Shown here: positions 1 to 13,394 of the stretch, one piece after another
How the letters are laid out: every line of letters begins with the position of its first letter
Numbering within the stretch: the stretch's first letter is position 1
Assembly: GCA_965644295.1 (NCBI GenBank)
Contig: CBFFRP010000123.1
Location: forward strand, 310,001-374,000
DNA length: 64,000 nt
Reading direction: 5' to 3'
DNA from: Paraphysomonas bandaiensis
Lineage: Eukaryota > Protista > Chrysophyceae
Notes under the pieces: model-generated
Seen by the model: the letters and a program-made list of their open reading frames with translations, nothing else
Databases searched by the model: none
Told to the model about the DNA's origin: nothing
Position numbers and translations under genes: made by a program

Positions 1-566
1 TTCAATGCAGATAATCAGCTCCGTTCCCAGTTACGTGTCAGGAATTTTATGCGCTTTAGAGACAACCCCGCAAGACTCCCCCACCTGCTGGAGCAAGAGA
101 CACAGTCTGCGGCGCAAATATTAATATTTGGCTTCAAACTGTATGCAGAGGAGGGAACTGGACTAACTGGGGATATGAAGGCTAAGTTGGCTGAACCTAT
201 ATTAAAGAGGTGTGCTCTTGTTTTTTCACAAATATTACTACCCGCTAATTCTTACTTAGGATAATATTAGCCATTCATGAACGCTTCCTTGAAGTGGATG
301 AGCAAGCCCTTGGTTCCAGTGACTTTTTTATAACGGAAGAGCTTGCCGCCTTTTCTCCCCCTGTCATGATCGCTCTGAAAGGTATTGCAGAGTTCACCTG
401 CGATCAGTTCAAGAGAAATATAGATTGGATCTCCAACTTGCTATCGTCTGCGCTACTGTGCAATGACAGGATGGTTAGAGCATGTGTTCAGCTGGTCTAC
501 GAGAAGCAAGTGAACCCTATTTTAGTGTCTCTGAACTGTAGTGCAGTGGCAGATAGTGGGAAATAA
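1..566 (+). CDS. 3' end of a Sec7/BIG-family ARF guanine-nucleotide exchange factor (partial; intron 210-259)
   Basis: FNADNQLRSQLR..FM...LPHLLEQETQS resembles the BIG/Sec7 C-terminal 'FN...LR..L...LPNLL.QET.S' motif. A 50-nt GT-AG intron joins ORFs 49-264 and 294-566 in frame, ending 'LCNDRMVRACVQLVY'. Confidence 0.75.
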
Positions 567-785
567 TCTTGAAGTATGTGGTGGCTGTAAGTTATCGTTA
601 GTTATTATAAGAGAATAAGAAACTGTTAGGAATGTAGCTTAAAGTAAAAGTCTATTCACATATCCCATGTATGTCCGATTAATATTTTTGATATAGAAAC
701 AACGATTTATATAACGATCAGTTCACAAACCCTATATGACTGCATAGCAATGGCTGTGGTGAGCTCAGAGTGGAACCAGAACCCC

Positions 786-1237
786 TGTTGGAATATGTAT
801 GTTTCTCTAAGATAATACTGTAGATCAGGGCCTGGTAACCATTAATGGCCCATTAATGGTAGTCCAGCTCCCGGCAATTATAATGGCATTAATTAAAAAT
901 GTCCCGGCAATATAATGGCATTACCATTTATGGTTACCAGGCCCTGTTGTAGATTATGTTAAATAAAATGTGTAAAACAGTAATACGTGGTCAAAGCTAC
1001 TATTATATAGCTATAACTGTATAACTGTGAAGTATTATATATTATATCATGACGATTCAAGATACAGAAGTTGAGTAGTGGTTGACACGAACGAAATATA
1101 TTATCATGTGGTTGACATGTTTTACACACATGACAAACACAATTTTATATGCAATTTAATATAAGAGTATATCCAGTTTAATTACAATAAACTTCTCTTT
1201 TAACTATCGTAATTGTGAAAATGACCAATAGTCAATA
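786..1237 (+). mobile_element. Solo LTR, Ty1/copia-like, interrupted by a MITE
   Basis: Starts TGTTGGAATA (as Ty1 and copia LTRs do) and ends GTCAATA. Flanked by direct repeat ACCCC (781-785 / 1238-1242). AATAAA lies near the 3' end. Homologous copies at 53286 and 55630. Confidence 0.75.
826..946. mobile_element. hAT-type MITE (~121 bp)
   Basis: TIRs CAGGGCCTGGTAACCA / TGGTTACCAGGCCCTG. 8-bp TSD CTGTAGAT (818-825) / TTGTAGAT (947-954). The element is absent from the LTR copies at 53286 and 55630. Confidence 0.85.
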
Positions 1238-1318
1238 ACCCCTGTATTCCTTGTGAAAGGAGGGGAATTCATTCCTGTTTAATTGAGTATGGCTTATTTC
1301 TATAACTAGCTTCCCACT

Positions 1319-1770
1319 CAACAAAGTCGAACTCGCACCTTTTTGTGGTGTTCTGGGAGATACGTACCGGAGATACTAAATTGTTCTGCCCAATCATCGC
1401 CAAATACTTGTGTAGTACAATGAACACTCATAAAAGTGTCGCTTGTGTAGACTTCTTTGGGCCTTGGAGAATAAACAGATCCACCTCAAGGGCATCTGGA
1501 GTATTGCGTGCTGTGTGCTGTCTAATGAAATCAAGCATCCGAGCTATTCACCTCAAGGACGAGTAACCGTATCCTTTAATGGTAATGGCACTAATGGCCA
1601 TTATAATTGCCGGGAACTGGACTACCATTTATGGGTCATTAATGGTTACCAGTTACCTGGTCCGGAGTGAAAGTGGTTGCACCATGGACCATGATGCTTG
1701 CGGTGACGCACAAGCTGCTTTTGTAGCACCAAATAGTAGGATATCAGCAGAGTTAAGCACTAGTTAGTTA
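1319..1770 (+). mobile_element. Degenerate 3' fragment of non-LTR retrotransposon (same family as 62741-63790)
   Basis: Clear nucleotide similarity to 63390-63770, e.g. AAGTCGAACTCGCACCTTTTTGTGGTGTTCTGGG vs AAGTCGGGCTCGCACCTTTTCGTGGTGTTCTGGG, and GCTTGCGGTGACGCACAAGC. Confidence 0.65.
1561..1660 (-). mobile_element. Decayed copy of the hAT MITE nested in the LINE fragment
   Basis: CCATTATAATTGCCGGGAACTGGACTACCATT...TTAATGGTTACCAG is the reverse complement of the 826-946 MITE. The segment is missing from the homologous LINE copy at ~63670. Confidence 0.7.
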
Positions 1771-3350
1771 AATCTTTTTGCTACATCAGTTCTGACTCTT
1801 ACACGTCTATTTGCTACAGTCAGGTATTCACTACTATAACTAGAGTCCATTGTTAGCTGCACTGTGTATAGTTTATCGTTTATCATAAACATCAAATAAA
1901 TATGTAATTCTAACAGGTATAGATAAATTAATTCTTGAAACGACTAGTCGCACTAGCTTCATTGATACAGCTTACAACACAACCATAAGTAGAACCATGA
2001 TTCTGGGATAAGTATAATACACTTTCGCTTGGTAGCTATCTTTGGCTCTACATGTTAGCCTTTTCTACAATAACGTGACACCAGTAAAAACTAGACTATA
2101 TGGTATACTACACTGGAACGACACATCAATTCTAAGTTTCTAAATCCGTGTGTGGAGAGGACGCCCGCTCCTCTGCAGCGTAGTTTTTGTATGTTTTTTT
2201 CCACTGTTCGTAATGGTGGGTTTTCTTCCACTCGTAGTAAAACTCTATCACCTCCTTGCACGTCTTTGTCTCTATCTAAACAGAGAGAGTATTTCAGTTA
2301 GAACTTATCACGAAAATATGCAGAGCACTTGATACTTTTTTGGCTATTTCGTGAAAATTCTTCCCATACAGACAGATACTGGCTTCAAAAACAGCCACCT
2401 CAAAAGGGCACCACTTCTCTGCGACAAGTTTACCAGTATCATCCCTTCATAGTCAATTCAACGCACCTAATACGGTTCTATGTCGGATAGGATTTAGCAG
2501 ATAGCCCAAAGTATTCAATTTTTCAAAAGGAAGCTGCAGTTTTTTAATTTCTTAGACAAGATCTATGCAACATGTAGTGAAACAGTACCTTTGGTTCCTC
2601 CTCCGACACATTACTAGAGCCGAAAGAGCATTTTGGGTACATAATATCACCAACAATATCGACATAATCATCGGTCATACAGTTCGTGATCCCTGTTATA
2701 CATTCATCACATTAAGTCAATCAATCAGTTAACGGGATGTGGGGACACTTACATCGTTCAACCCGAGGCTCATTCGACTTCAAAGATCTCAAATCAGATT
2801 TCAAATCTATAAAAGAGTAAACTGATAAAATTTCATAATATCTATACGACCTTTATGAATGTTTAGTCGAGGTCGAGGAGATGATGGAGACACAGCAGAT
2901 GACTCTGAGTCCATTGAATAGACCCTATACACACATACACACATACACTGTGAGTCATGTGGACGATCTCTATACGAGAATTACACCTACCGTTTTCTAG
3001 ATGTTTCTTCGTCTGACCTGTCGACATATCACTCTATCAGACAATACACACGCATACACATGCATACACACACATGCACATATATACATATATATACATT
3101 GCAATGAATTCATTGGCTTACATTATATTATAGTAGAGTGTGATGTCGATAGACGAATAGTGCAAATATCAATAGATTTGACTAGTTAATGATTGAAAAC
3201 TTTATATAAGGAGATGACTGACCATACAACTCGAGCTCGTGTTTAATGAGATCAGAGTGTGTATGTATGCATACAGCCAGCACATGCCGCAATCAACTGC
3301 TATAAAATGATGCAGAGGTGATGGAATACAGTGATATACATACCACTGTA

Positions 3351-3520
3351 GTATGTATGTATGTATGTATGTATGTATGTATGTACGTATGTACATGTAT
3401 GTATGTATGTATGTATGTATGTATGTATGTATGTATGTATGTATGTATGTATGTATGTATGTATGTATGTATGTATGTATGTATGTACGTAAGTAGGTAG
3501 GTAGGTACTGTATGTATGTA
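3351..3520. repeat. (TATG)n microsatellite with degenerate GTAG tail
   Basis: Directly visible tandem tetranucleotide repeat. Confidence 0.97.
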
Positions 3521-4550
3521 GGTACTCTACTTCACAGTCCTTTCTTCATGTGCCTGAATAAACCAGCACTGTTGCTTCTGATAGACGATCTGTATGTTGT
3601 GACTATTCTTGTGCAAAGAAGAATTGAATTGTTGAGTGAATTGAGAGACAACCCCTGTGCACAGGCAATTATATCAACACATGGGTTGGGCATGGCACAA
3701 TCATGCTTGACTACCACCACCTTACAAGCTCATTTCTTGGAGACCTTGATAGAAGGTTATGTATGTATTGTTGCATCTTTTCGAGCAACAAAATTGTGAT
3801 TTCAGAAATATATTTTGAAGATCATATCGTCGCTACATTATCTTCTATAGAAAGATCGCTATAGCCATGATATTGTAGGGTATTTTTAAGAGTGTTTTGT
3901 CTATAGTACTTGTTATATATTTGGAAGGCGCTACAGCTAACCCATGTTATTTATAGTAACTTCGTGTTTCAATTTCAAATATATTACAACAAGAATAAAG
4001 GTGTTGTTATAAACACTATGTAATTTTGAAATTTCATTTTTATCGAAATTGTGTTTCCTTTGTCTTTTCGCGCAGAACCTACGTGTGAAATCTATATATA
4101 AGTGTACGAGTCATTCTGATGGTGTCACAATATGTTCATAATTACATAGGTACTATCGTATTAAGTTGAGTTCAAGTGCGTAATGAGCTCATTTAGCGGA
4201 AAGGCACACAAAGAAGCAAAAAATACTAGTGTAACGGTATATCGTTGGCTATCCCTGATATACATATCTATTTAGCATAGGGCAGTAGCATATTCGGGTA
4301 ATAGAGTCGCTTAGGTTGAGCTGAATATATTAAAAAGTAGCATTCTCTTTGTATCGTTTAGTGTTTAGTGTTACATGAATCATTCGCTGTGGTGTGTAAT
4401 TTTCACATGTGTTATCATTATATATTATATACTTCAACAAAGAAGATAATAGAAATTAATGTCGCTCACACATGCATTATTCGTTAAATTAAATCTCACG
4501 TACAAAATGCTACAATAAAATATAATGGCTGAGGCACAGTGACCCTCTTG

Positions 4551-4941
4551 CTATAACTGGTCTTCTCCTGTCTCTACACCCTTTCCAGGTAAACGTAAGC
4601 ACACGTCCTCCACCTCATCGAACCCCACATGCATCGAGTGGCAACATCCTGGGGAGTTAATATCAGGCGATCCACAACAGCTGTAGAAGTAATGTATTTC
4701 CTACAAATACAAGTACATGTTAGAACATCATATGAAGCAAGAACAACAGACATACCCCTGCATCTTTGGTATCTCCAGGAGCAAGCCATCTCTGTGCCGT
4801 TTCACCTGTAAAGCTCTCTGGATGAACTCGACAAGCTCTCGGGTGATTCTCGCTATGCAAGAAGTATTTATGGCATACTCTACACATGGATTTCATATCT
4901 CCTTGTGATTGAGATGTTGCTGACTGATTCATACTATTCAT
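4551..4941 (-). CDS. Small conserved Cys/His zinc-binding protein (Btk/CHORD-like motif); intron 4701-4755
   Basis: Spliced product contains CRVCHKYF...NHPRACRVHPESFTGET...EIHYFYSCCGSPDINSPGCCHSMHVGFD. This pattern is seen in small plant/algal conserved proteins. The 55-nt intron is canonical. Confidence 0.75.
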
Positions 4942-6414
4942 ACAGGTACACTGTATTCACTGTAAGTGGATAAGAATGATGGATAATATATACAATCAGC
5001 TCACAGCACTGCTACATGATACTATGTACTGGGTGCTGTGCACTATATGGCAGCTGCTGTATTCTCGGTACATTAAAAAACTAGAGAAATAGTGTTGTGG
5101 AAGTGATGAAAACCATGGTTTTCAAAACAAAAATACAGCTATCAACATGATACTGACTGTGTCCAATCAAATCTATTTCCGTGTAATTGACTGGCTGTGT
5201 GTCACACGTGATATGCACAGATAGTATCATAGCATGATATGATGATATGGCATCATGTAACTGTGTGACATATACACATGTAGCTCTCACTCGTATCTGC
5301 CAATAGTGTTAACTCCCAGTGATATATCGCTCAGTTATTGCAAGATGATATACATAAACACCCAGGCATTATATGATATCATAAAATAAGAGGAAAGACA
5401 AGTTTTAATGCATCTATATTCATTTCTGGCAACACAGAATATGTAGAGGAGTAAATAGAGGTCGTCTATACATTGTTTACGTCGATATTTGTTCAGTAGA
5501 GAGTTGATTCCTTCTAATACATTGTTCTTTTTATACATTAGCTGATAAACTCTGTATGTTCATCTGATAATGCCGTTGTTACAGTGTTGTTGATTGATAT
5601 GTGCCATATTCCAGTATCGATCCGACTCTACAAAAAAAAATATTACGTTATTTTTGCAGACGATACGTGCCAATCAGGCTCTATTAGCTCCTTATATTGA
5701 TTCGTACATCGTATATCGTATTCTGAGTGACACGTTCCTCAGCAGCACGATCGTTATAGCAGGACAACGGAACAACTATAAAATTGTATATAATTGAACT
5801 ACATATTGTTAACATGATATTTCAATATATTGTTCACAGCCCTAGCATCTAGTATATTCTATTTGCAGTGTATAGGCACATCATTGCACAACGAATAAAT
5901 GATACAGAGAATTTTACGAATCCACTCGGAAGAAGACTCTGTAAAAAACACTACCATAAAAAGAAGCATATTATATCAATAAACGAGTAGACGCATTGAT
6001 AAGTTTCATTCTATGGAGAATGAAAAAATATTAAATTTGCAAGCAGTTAATCAGAATTTAGGCCTATGGAGATGAATAATGACAGTCGCTTTTGCCGTCA
6101 TATATGATGTGTTGTGAGCTGCGTGCTATTATTACTTTACTCGAACATAATATATATGTTGTATGTCGTACATAAACCAATGAAAGTGTTAATTACAAAC
6201 ACCACAACGCAGGCACTTCAATTGGTGAATATGTTGTTGCTATTGAAACAATCTTCTAACGCCTATAGCATTATATTTACCGCGAAGTAGTTGTAGAGCT
6301 GTATGAACACTTTCTTGAATTTCTTCGGAGAATAGAGGAGATACTATATCTTTAAAATGCTTATATCTTTATATATCTAATAGTATTGTTGGACCGGTTT
6401 AAAAATTCTATCTA

Positions 6415-6570
6415 TATTATTGGTGAGATGCTATCTAACAATAGTATTTCAATATACAATAAAGTGTTCCCTAGCCCTGTCAAATACTATTATTAATACC
6501 CGGTTTCCCGCAATTATAATGGCTACTAATGGCTACAATGACATTACCTTTAATGGTTACCAGGCCTTGG
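6415..6570. mobile_element. Adjacent hAT-end remnants: CAGGG-terminus family on the minus strand plus a partial copy of the 826-946 MITE
   Basis: The reverse complement of 6415-6479 reads CAGGGCTAGGGAAC...AATACTATTGTTAGATAGC, matching 53381-53425. 6505-6568 matches the MITE right half (CAATTATAATGG...TTAATGGTTACCAGGCC). Confidence 0.6.
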
Positions 6571-6865
6571 CGCAGAGTAACTAATACTTATCAATTATTA
6601 ATTACCATGGATATGGTATGAATACAGAGATTACTATTTATATAATATATATTACAGATTATAGAGAGTATTTCGTATTCTTCTACTATGTGTGTTGCTC
6701 TTCAAATTTTGCTTTGGAACAATATATAAAGTAAGTATTATATATGAAATGATGATAGGCATCCCTTTATTATGTATAGATGAATATTTTAGCTCGATAA
6801 ATGGCTAAAACTTATTAAAATAATACGTGGTCCAATATCTTACAATCATACTATGCATAAACTGT

Positions 6866-9800
6866 TTACGTAATATTTTTAAGTGAGACTTGTTCAACTA
6901 CACGAACTAGTTCCGCCGACACTTCAGACTTCAATATCCTTTTTACTCCAGGATCAGATGCCCAGGAACCTTCTTCAACATCAATATCTAAATCTAAGTC
7001 ACCATGTCGGGTGTGAAACAATATCATCCGACCAATAAATGACAGAACTATTTTCGACTTACGCACACTGGATATACATGAATGTGAGTCATAGCACACA
7101 TTATATATAGAGGGCCTCATCGACGACTGAATGACACGACACACACCCTGTATATTGAGAACATCAAGTCGCAGTGCTTCAATCAATACACTAGATGGAA
7201 GCAGTGATCCGACTTCGGGTCTTTGTTTTTCGGGGCAGACATAACTGCTGGTGAACGCATCAGGAAAATAATTCAAAACTACCATATCAAAGTGAAACAG
7301 AGAGCAGCCAATAAGTGTGAAAAATTTCATTGCCTCGATCCGTATCCTTCCAGCCTCCTCTGATGTGGTGTTACATGACCTCTGCTCGTGACACCATCTC
7401 AGCAAGACTGTAATCATTTTCACTGAGTTATTGATAGCGACAATTACACTTTCACTACTATTATCAAAAAGCTGACCGCTCTCACTTTTGGTTGACAAAA
7501 GAGCCAATCGGCCAACGCACGCCACAACGCGACTCATAGTATCGCATATATGTGTACAGAGTACGCGAGCATCGTGAAGTGTGCCATTGAGGGAAATGTC
7601 CACCACACAGTGTTCGCTAAGAAAAATATCCGCGGCATTCCGTGAAACATCTTCTGCCCCATTAACCATAGCAACTTTAAATTTAGGTGACATATCTAGC
7701 TGTAAGTCTGAAAATGCATTAGCTAAATCCAGGCGAATGTCTGACTCAGACCCAACGATAGAGTCAATGACATCAGCCTGGACGCATATTTCTGATTGAG
7801 TGGATGCAGATCGACTATCTTGAGATGTACTAGCGGCCCTTGATTTTTGTTGAATACATGAATTGTAGACCTCCTTGATTTTTTTCCTTGCATAATTCGA
7901 GAAGAAAGTCAGGTGCTCTTGAGAAATATCACGTTTCCGCCGTAAGGTCAGAGAAATTGCTCTCGTCAGTATGCCATCACTCAAAGAATATATCGAATAC
8001 AATTTGCGTAGAGTGCTTGTTATTTGTTCTGTGAGGAAATCGTCAAGATAATCCTTAGTATCCTCAACTGCAGACGCGATAAGACGACTCGTGTCTTTTT
8101 CCAGCACAGACTGGAATTCTGGTAAAGGTAAGGATCCGCACTCCGCTCGCACCACCTCACAACACGACCAAGCCTTAACGACAAGATCACCAACTCTATC
8201 CTTCATCCGTTTCTTGAGAGCGCTGGAGAGGTGATTGAGGACAGTTACAGTGAGCTGCTCTAATTGTGGATGACTATGCCAAAAGGCTGTTTCTAATCTG
8301 AACATACATTAGTAACATAGATATGAAGTACTAGGTAAATCTACCGTGTGTGAATATCTGTACCACCGTAAAGGCCAGTCTGCGTAAAGGATACAGACGT
8401 GGATAACATCGATGGTGGTACAGATACGCTCTGTCGTGGTGACGAAGGAATTATGCCACCATGAGACGAAGTGTTTGAAAATCCTGAGGTCGTATTAGGT
8501 GGACTAAACCCTACCATGATCTTAGATGTGGCAACAGGCGATTGCATGTACTCTATATTTTGTTTCCGTGGAGATGGCGGAGCTGGCACATAGGTTGCGC
8601 TCGCAGATGGAGCAACTTGTGTCTGGGACGACGATACTCGGGAAGACACAAGCGTAGGGGCTTGCCTCTTTGGAACCCTTTCTAGACTGGAACCGCCTAC
8701 AGAGGAGGCTTTTGAAAGTTTCGTATTGTTAACCACCCATGCGCGCCGCTGCTGCATGTAGATGACTGTGCTGTACAAGTAGGGCGCAACATGCATTATT
8801 AAAGTATGTGAAAGTGCCATGTTTCCCTCATCAATAGACAAAACGGTCGCCGAGTCTTCCTTGGAATCAGCTTGACCAGCACACTTTTCCGGTGTTCGAA
8901 TTATAGTAGTGCGATCTTTAACGGCATCACCAATAGATGGAAAATCTGTGACAAATGACTGCGCCTCCAATAGTACGTACATTCTAAATCACGAATAAAA
9001 TTTAGTACAATGTAGACATTAGCAACAGATAGATGCACACCTGTTTCTAGACAGCAGCTGGTCGGTACTTAGTCTGAACTCTGGTGCTTGCAAAATGGCC
9101 CACAAGGTCGCAACAGCATCTCGATGCTCATCGTATACAGTCGTAAAATCTGGCACTTCTGCTGGACTAAGAACACTGGTTCTGTCCCAAGAAAGCATAC
9201 GAAGGTATGACACTACCCATGGCACTGCAAGAGTAAGACTTGAATCCCTCCATGCAGTGTACAGTAGCTGGGCCACAGGAAGTATACTGGACGGACTAAT
9301 AGTGCTTCTCGCAGCTGCAGACTGAGAAGTCATTTGAAGTAAAGGGCTGTCACCTTGAATATTCAAAAGCGTTTGACTCCAGAATGGATAAAAATGAAGC
9401 AGGCCTAAAAATTTTCCGAGAACTCGTAGTCGTAAAATTCGTACATTGAACGAAATATGGGAATTATCCTTGCCTAAAGATTCTGTAGATGGTTTTGATT
9501 TTTTCTTCTCAAATCTCATACGACCACGACTAGTGAGCATTTCTGAACTTAGTCCACTATTAAATATTCCTTCTGATCTCAACTTTGCAATCAACGAATG
9601 ATAGTGTCCCGTAGAGCTGACGTCAGTCAAGCGGAGTATTTCACTCGTTAAGGTACTGACAAGGTAAGAGTACAACCTGTGACTATCCATACTATATATA
9701 AATCTGTAGAAGAACTGCTGGTTTCCAGGAAAGTGGTGAGATGGGTCGTTCGGTGATGATTCAGAGTGAAAAGACGAGACACCCTGTCGCCGAACAGCAG

Positions 9801-11476
9801 ATGATCCTTGTGCGCGCCCGCCTGGGCCGAGTCGCTCTTGCAGCAAATATTCCGTATTCCGGTTGGACCCACTTCCAGAAGGGCCATTGTGTCGAGGTAG
9901 ATTAGTGCCGTAGAAGAGAAGCATTTCTTTGAATATTTCTGCAAACCATACAAAGTTGCAATCTCTCATTTGAAGTATCTGCAATGTAATTAGCACATGG
10001 CTCTCATTAGTAATAGTACTACATACCTCTGTCCCTTTCTCTTGAAGTCTTGACCAGAATTTTTTAATTTTTGATCCATCTAAATCGCTTCTATTTTCAT
10101 CTTCAAATTCTCTGAACAGATTTCTAAACTTGTCATAACAGTTCTCTCGTTCATTATAAACAGCGGCTTCCAGCTAGTAATAAATATATCAGTGAGAAGG
10201 AAACCGAACACAAAGTCGCATTACAAAAACTTACCTGAGACTTGTGCTCTAATCTGCTATCATATTCTGTGTGAAAAGGTCGAATGAATGTCTCCACATC
10301 ACGCTCTGGTATCTCGGTCGATTCATTACCAAGAAGTGTCATACCCGAGACTGCTTCAACAGTATAGCTGTGGACATCATTGGGCTGTTGAATCTCCTGT
10401 GCGATATCGGGTGATAGTGGCTTCAGTAGGTCACTATAGGCCAAGCAGAACTCTCTCCCCATAGATCGCAGAACGGGTGTAAGGAATGTCGATGATTGCG
10501 TGATAAAAGTCCGCAGATGAAGATCCGTTAGTAAAAGAGATACGAAATTAGTGGAGCTATCCACGCGAACAGCAATTTCCTTCCCCAAATTAGTGTATAT
10601 GTATCGATTTGTTACCAGCCGAGAATAGAATATAAGTGCCTCGGTGACAGGTAATACACGGTGAATTATTAATAAGCAGTGCAGCTCTGCTAACCGCTTC
10701 ACTACTTCGAGCTGTTGATCGCACGTTGGATTGACAGTGATGCAGTCCGTTGTCTGTGTAGAAAGAGGAATAACTTCAACAGCAACACCTAAACTATCCA
10801 TATCAGCCTTAACAGAAGAAGATATTTGATGAGCTAATGAAGGTATTGGTACACTAGAGGAGGATGTATGTTGTGGCGGGACTGTATTATGGTTAGTTAG
10901 ATCAGGAGGGTCTGTTACTTGACTAGAGGGTTTACTATGACGAGACTCTGGTATCTTACGGCGGGCTGATGACTGAGTTGTAGATGTCTTATTACCACAT
11001 GATTTATTTGGTTTAACACGAGGGGTGGGTCTATTCATCGCATCGGTCAAACTCGGCCAACCATTGGGCACATCTATGGAACCACTCGACTGTGTGAATG
11101 AAGAGGATATATGTGATATATTTCCAGTTGTGAATGTCTCTGGTAATGCATCTGATAATGTAGGTGTAGTTCTTTTCTTAATTTTCTTCTTATGTAATCC
11201 ATGTATGGATTCAGTCTCACGATTGACTCCAATTGAGATATTCGTAGAGGAATCTTCCACTGGTTTGAAACTTAAGAATGGCTGTGTTTGTATTCGAATC
11301 CACTTATCTAATATACTAGAGAAGTGAGAAAGTCCTTTAAATCGACCAATAATCTGCTCAATCTCGTCATCTATTGGCTGTTTTTCGCTGACGTATTGTT
11401 GGACTTTTCTATATGTATATTCATCTTGCAATATAGAAGTGATTAGCTTGATATCTTCGGGGGGTATGAAGTCCAT
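6866..11476 (-). CDS. CDAN1: Codanin-1 homolog (multi-exon)
   Basis: Motifs NERENCYDKFRNLFREFE, FPGNQQFFYRFI..MDSHRL, LRVLGKFLGLL.F.P, LTLAVPWVVSYLRM and LETAFWHSHP are typical of codanin-1. Four long ORFs are joined by short GT-AG introns. Confidence 0.8.
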
Positions 11477-12719
11477 GTTGATATGGGAAGTTTTAGTGCA
11501 TTATGAGGTTAAATAGACGGGAGATGATACGAATATAGTTGCAAAGAGTTTAAAATAGGCATGTAGATTATATAGAGAAAGACCTACAGAGTCAAAATAC
11601 ACACATATCCACTTCAATTCATACATACATGTTCACATAGTACATGTACATACCTCACATAGACGGCCACACAAGACGATATACGGAAAAAATACATCCT
11701 GTATTTCGAATTTTCAGTAATTTGGATAGATGAAAACTAGGAAAATTGCGGTCGTAAAATATAAAAATACAGTATTTTGAAAGACTGGTATCATATTTTG
11801 GATATTTTGAAGTAAAAAAGTATTTGTATATGAAATTTACACACCAACGAAAACTCGTTCCAATGTTCAGAGTGCGTGTTGGGTGTATATGGTATAGTTA
11901 CCTGACTATGGTATGGACTTTAATACTACTTGAGAGATGATTCTCATCTGTGTCGATATACTCATTTCGTTTTCCGAATAGCGGATGTTGACGTGGACTC
12001 ATTCCCTCAAGATTCATCACTCAAGTGCTATATGATCCTGTTGTATGCTACTATACATCTAGTGTTGACAATATAGACATTGAATAACATGATGCTTCAT
12101 GCTCCTGTAGTGGTCATAATAAGTTGTATGGTGAGGATAAGATACTTCATTTCATTTTTAGAAACATTGAGACTGATGTCTGATTGAATTGGTGGAAAGA
12201 TTCATTGCTTATAGAAGTGATATCATTACGCCAAGTGTGTAATGCATATCCATATTAATTTCATTTGATGATTAATTTAATCTCTTCTTCTACTGGAAGC
12301 AATAATAATTACTGATCAACTGTGCTTCATCACATATTTCTGCTCTCCGTTAAGTAGCTACTACAATCAGAGTCACGAACAGTATATTTAAATTAAATAT
12401 GATGCCAGCGACTTTTAATACAATCTATATCGCAGTATACGAATGCATTCACTCCCACGCCATCATTGCAATTGAATTTCCTCTTGGAGAAAGGGATCTA
12501 AGTGTTTAGTGCTATCAGTAATCAGTAGCAGCTAGCAGCCTGGTAACGATAATACTTTCAGCTTTAAATGATACATTTCACTACAAAAATTTACACGTAG
12601 TTCATATCCATCGCAAGAACGAATGAGCGATGTATCATAATTCCAATTATTAACATATTATAACGACTAGTCAGAAAATACACACACAGAAAAGTAAACA
12701 TAACAGCAGCATTCTACTC

Positions 12720-13394
12720 CTAATCATCTTCAACATCATTCTCAGTCGCAGTTTCCGTAGTCTTGAGAAGTATGGCATCTGCCAGTGGAGGAAAGGCTCT
12801 TGTATATTCAACTTCTTGCGGTAGAACTTGTTTGAAGTTCTGTACCAGCTTGGCGGTGTATAAATATTTATAGAGTCTGTATCTGCGGTAGTAACTGCTA
12901 AACGTAAGATGGCAATATTGTTATCTACTGCTAAGATAAAATGCTTACCTGTCGATCGCATACTTCAAAATACTGGGAACTTCATGGTGATCAAATACTT
13001 GTATACTACACATATCTTATTACACAACCATCTATATTGACAAAACAAACCTTTTGGGAGGGCGTTGCACACTGTGTACAATGATAATGTTTTTAAATGC
13101 TGTAAAACTTTGTGTCATTGTGTTTGATGGGGCAGATGTTGTCATATCATTGAGAAACATATCATTCATAATAGACATCAAAGTGGACGTTTTTCGAGCG
13201 TCGAATGCTTCCTCTTTACAAAATAAAAAATTGTATAAATGAAAGCGTAACGCAAACTCCATATGTTTTGGGTTGCTAAAAGGAATATGAATATGTTGGG
13301 ATATTAATTTCCGAAGGTTGGCCTCATCTGTCTCTCTGTCAAATTCATTAACTTGTTCCTCATTTAGGTATTTCCAATCATAAAATTGAGCCAT
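12720..13394 (-). CDS. Flagellar central-pair C1a-32 / CFAP119 (CCDC189)-like CLAMP-domain protein; 3 exons
   Basis: FHLYNFLFCKEEAFDARKTSTLMSIM, SFTAFKNIIIVHSVQRPP and SYYRRYRLYKYLYT match this family. Introns 13006-13050 and 12895-12948. Confidence 0.75.

Noticed and set aside
826-1660. Short recurring TAATGG repeats as a possible CRISPR-like array
   Set aside because: No regular repeat-spacer periodicity and no cas genes; explained by MITE TIRs and subterminal repeats in a eukaryotic context.
2330-2920. Coding-like sequence with stops, similar patches at 3512-3799, 11900-12500 and 27200-27560
   Set aside because: Probably decayed genes or transposons, but I could not assign a family or boundaries with any confidence.
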